A stretch of 64,000 nucleotides of DNA from Acytostelium subglobosum (Eukaryota). The notes under the pieces are model-generated. The model had not been told where the DNA came from. It saw nothing but the letters and a program-made list of their open reading frames with translations, and made no database searches. Shown here in pieces: positions 63,001 through 64,000 of the stretch (within the stretch, counting starts at the first letter, position 1; every line of letters begins with the position of its first letter). A program made the translations under genes and the position numbers. The DNA lies in contig NW_012236524.1 in assembly GCF_000787575.1 (NCBI RefSeq), positions 743,665-807,664 of the forward strand. Direction: 5' to 3'.

Positions 63001-64000
63001 CAAGATACAGACCAAGAGTACTGATGTTAATGGCCCTGTGCTCCAGAATCTGGATATCCGTACCAAGTCAGTTGATGTTGGTTCCCAGGACCGAAGAGTA
63101 CATCTAGAGTTCATTGTCTCAGATGACAAGGGATACTCAATCAATCATCTCCCAACAGTATACTTCACATCCGATGTATTCCAGATCACATCATTACCAA
63201 CATCAATCATCAATCAAACTGGAAACACAATCAGTTTCGCATGTGATGGTCAACTACCTTATGGATTTGGAGTTGGAAATGGAATGGTATTGGTATCCAT
63301 TTATGGATTGATGGATACAAGTCAGAATCTTAATGGATACTCATCAACTGAGTTGGCTGCACTTGGTTTGGAGTCAGAGATCAAGATAACACTCACACAG
63401 ACCGTACCTTGGATTGAGGATACATTGCGATCACATGGATCAGTGACTGTGTTTGGCAAGAACTTTGGATACAATTCAACTACTGAGGCAGTCATCACAC
63501 TCAGCACTGGTGAGATCAGAGTGTCACCTACATTCCAATCAGGTACAATGTTGATATTCAACAGTCTGGAAATCAAACCAACAAACAACTTCACAATAGG
63601 TATTGATAAGACACCTGGTGGATTGTCCAATGTTGTGCCCATCATATATATCCCGCCAGGTAATGACAAACGAGATGTCTTTGTACCATGCCCAGGAGCA
63701 GGAACATCCTCAACATGCTCTGGAAATGGAATATGCATGCCAACCCTTGGTTGTCAATGTGATCCAGGATGGTATGGACCTGATTGTGGATCAAGTAGGT
63801 ACTTCATTCCACCACCGGAATTATTCCAATCACTCATTCATTCAATCAATCAATCAAACTAGATGTCATTCCAATTGTGCCACTGGTCGACCCATCTCAG
63901 CCTTCGGCCACATACACGATCAATGATGGTGGACTCAACATTAGTGCCATGATCAGTATTGTAAAGTTGATAGAGTATGATCAATCTGGATTGGTTTCAA
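60048..64000 (+). CDS. Large secreted, heavily N-glycosylated extracellular protein with a C-terminal EGF-like module. At least 8 exons; 3' end outside the window.
   Basis: Signal peptide: MSKLITIITILQLLLLIINYN, then a GTAATA intron. Seven further GTATGT/GTAAGT introns were inferred between frame-consistent pieces at about 60173-60467, 60534-61283, 61349-61685, 61745-62100, 62168-62513, 62563-63797 and 63853 onward. Many N-x-S/T sites. Near the 3' end: CPGAGTSSTCSGNGICMPTLGCQCDPGWYGPDCG (EGF-like). Confidence 0.5.

Overview
This window is eukaryotic nuclear DNA, not prokaryotic. It is densely packed with protein-coding genes on both strands. Most genes carry short spliceosomal introns of about 60-110 nt, with GTAAGT/GTATGT donors, CTAAC-type branch points and YAG acceptors. 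Coding regions have GC-rich third positions and AT-rich spacers. The encoded proteins contain poly-Q, poly-N, poly-S and poly-D tracts, and (TCAA/ATTG)n and (GAAT)n microsatellites occur throughout. Together this indicates an amoebozoan, most likely a dictyostelid social amoeba with moderate GC. An Acytostelium-type species is my guess; I cannot prove it.

Recognisable genes, in order:
- a CD36/LIMP-2 family fragment (5' part)
- MFS sugar transporter
- ubiquilin
- WASH complex subunit 3 (CCDC53) homolog
- a tandem Ras-like pseudo-GTPase/GTPase protein with a PH domain
- an ABCB-type half transporter with a degenerate nucleotide-binding domain and an apparent frameshift
- TENT5/FAM46-like nucleotidyltransferase
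- COX15 (heme A synthase)
- TOR kinase
- a CurA/YncB-like NADPH enone reductase
- major vault protein
- a frizzled/smoothened-like 7TM receptor with a cysteine-rich domain
- POT/PTR2 peptide transporter
- two Ser/Thr-rich, Cys-rich type I membrane glycoproteins
- USB1 (U6 snRNA phosphodiesterase)
- a small membrane protein of unknown function
- NCBP1/CBP80
- an RNI-type leucine-rich-repeat protein
- RAD50
- MAT1 (CAK assembly factor)
- ribosomal protein L5
- the 5' part of a large secreted glycoprotein ending in an EGF-like module

Two GC-rich, non-coding islands carry RNase P/MRP-like conserved motifs. They are candidate structural RNA genes.

I worked by eye from the sequence. Exon boundaries are approximate (a few nt either way) unless anchored to the supplied ORF track.
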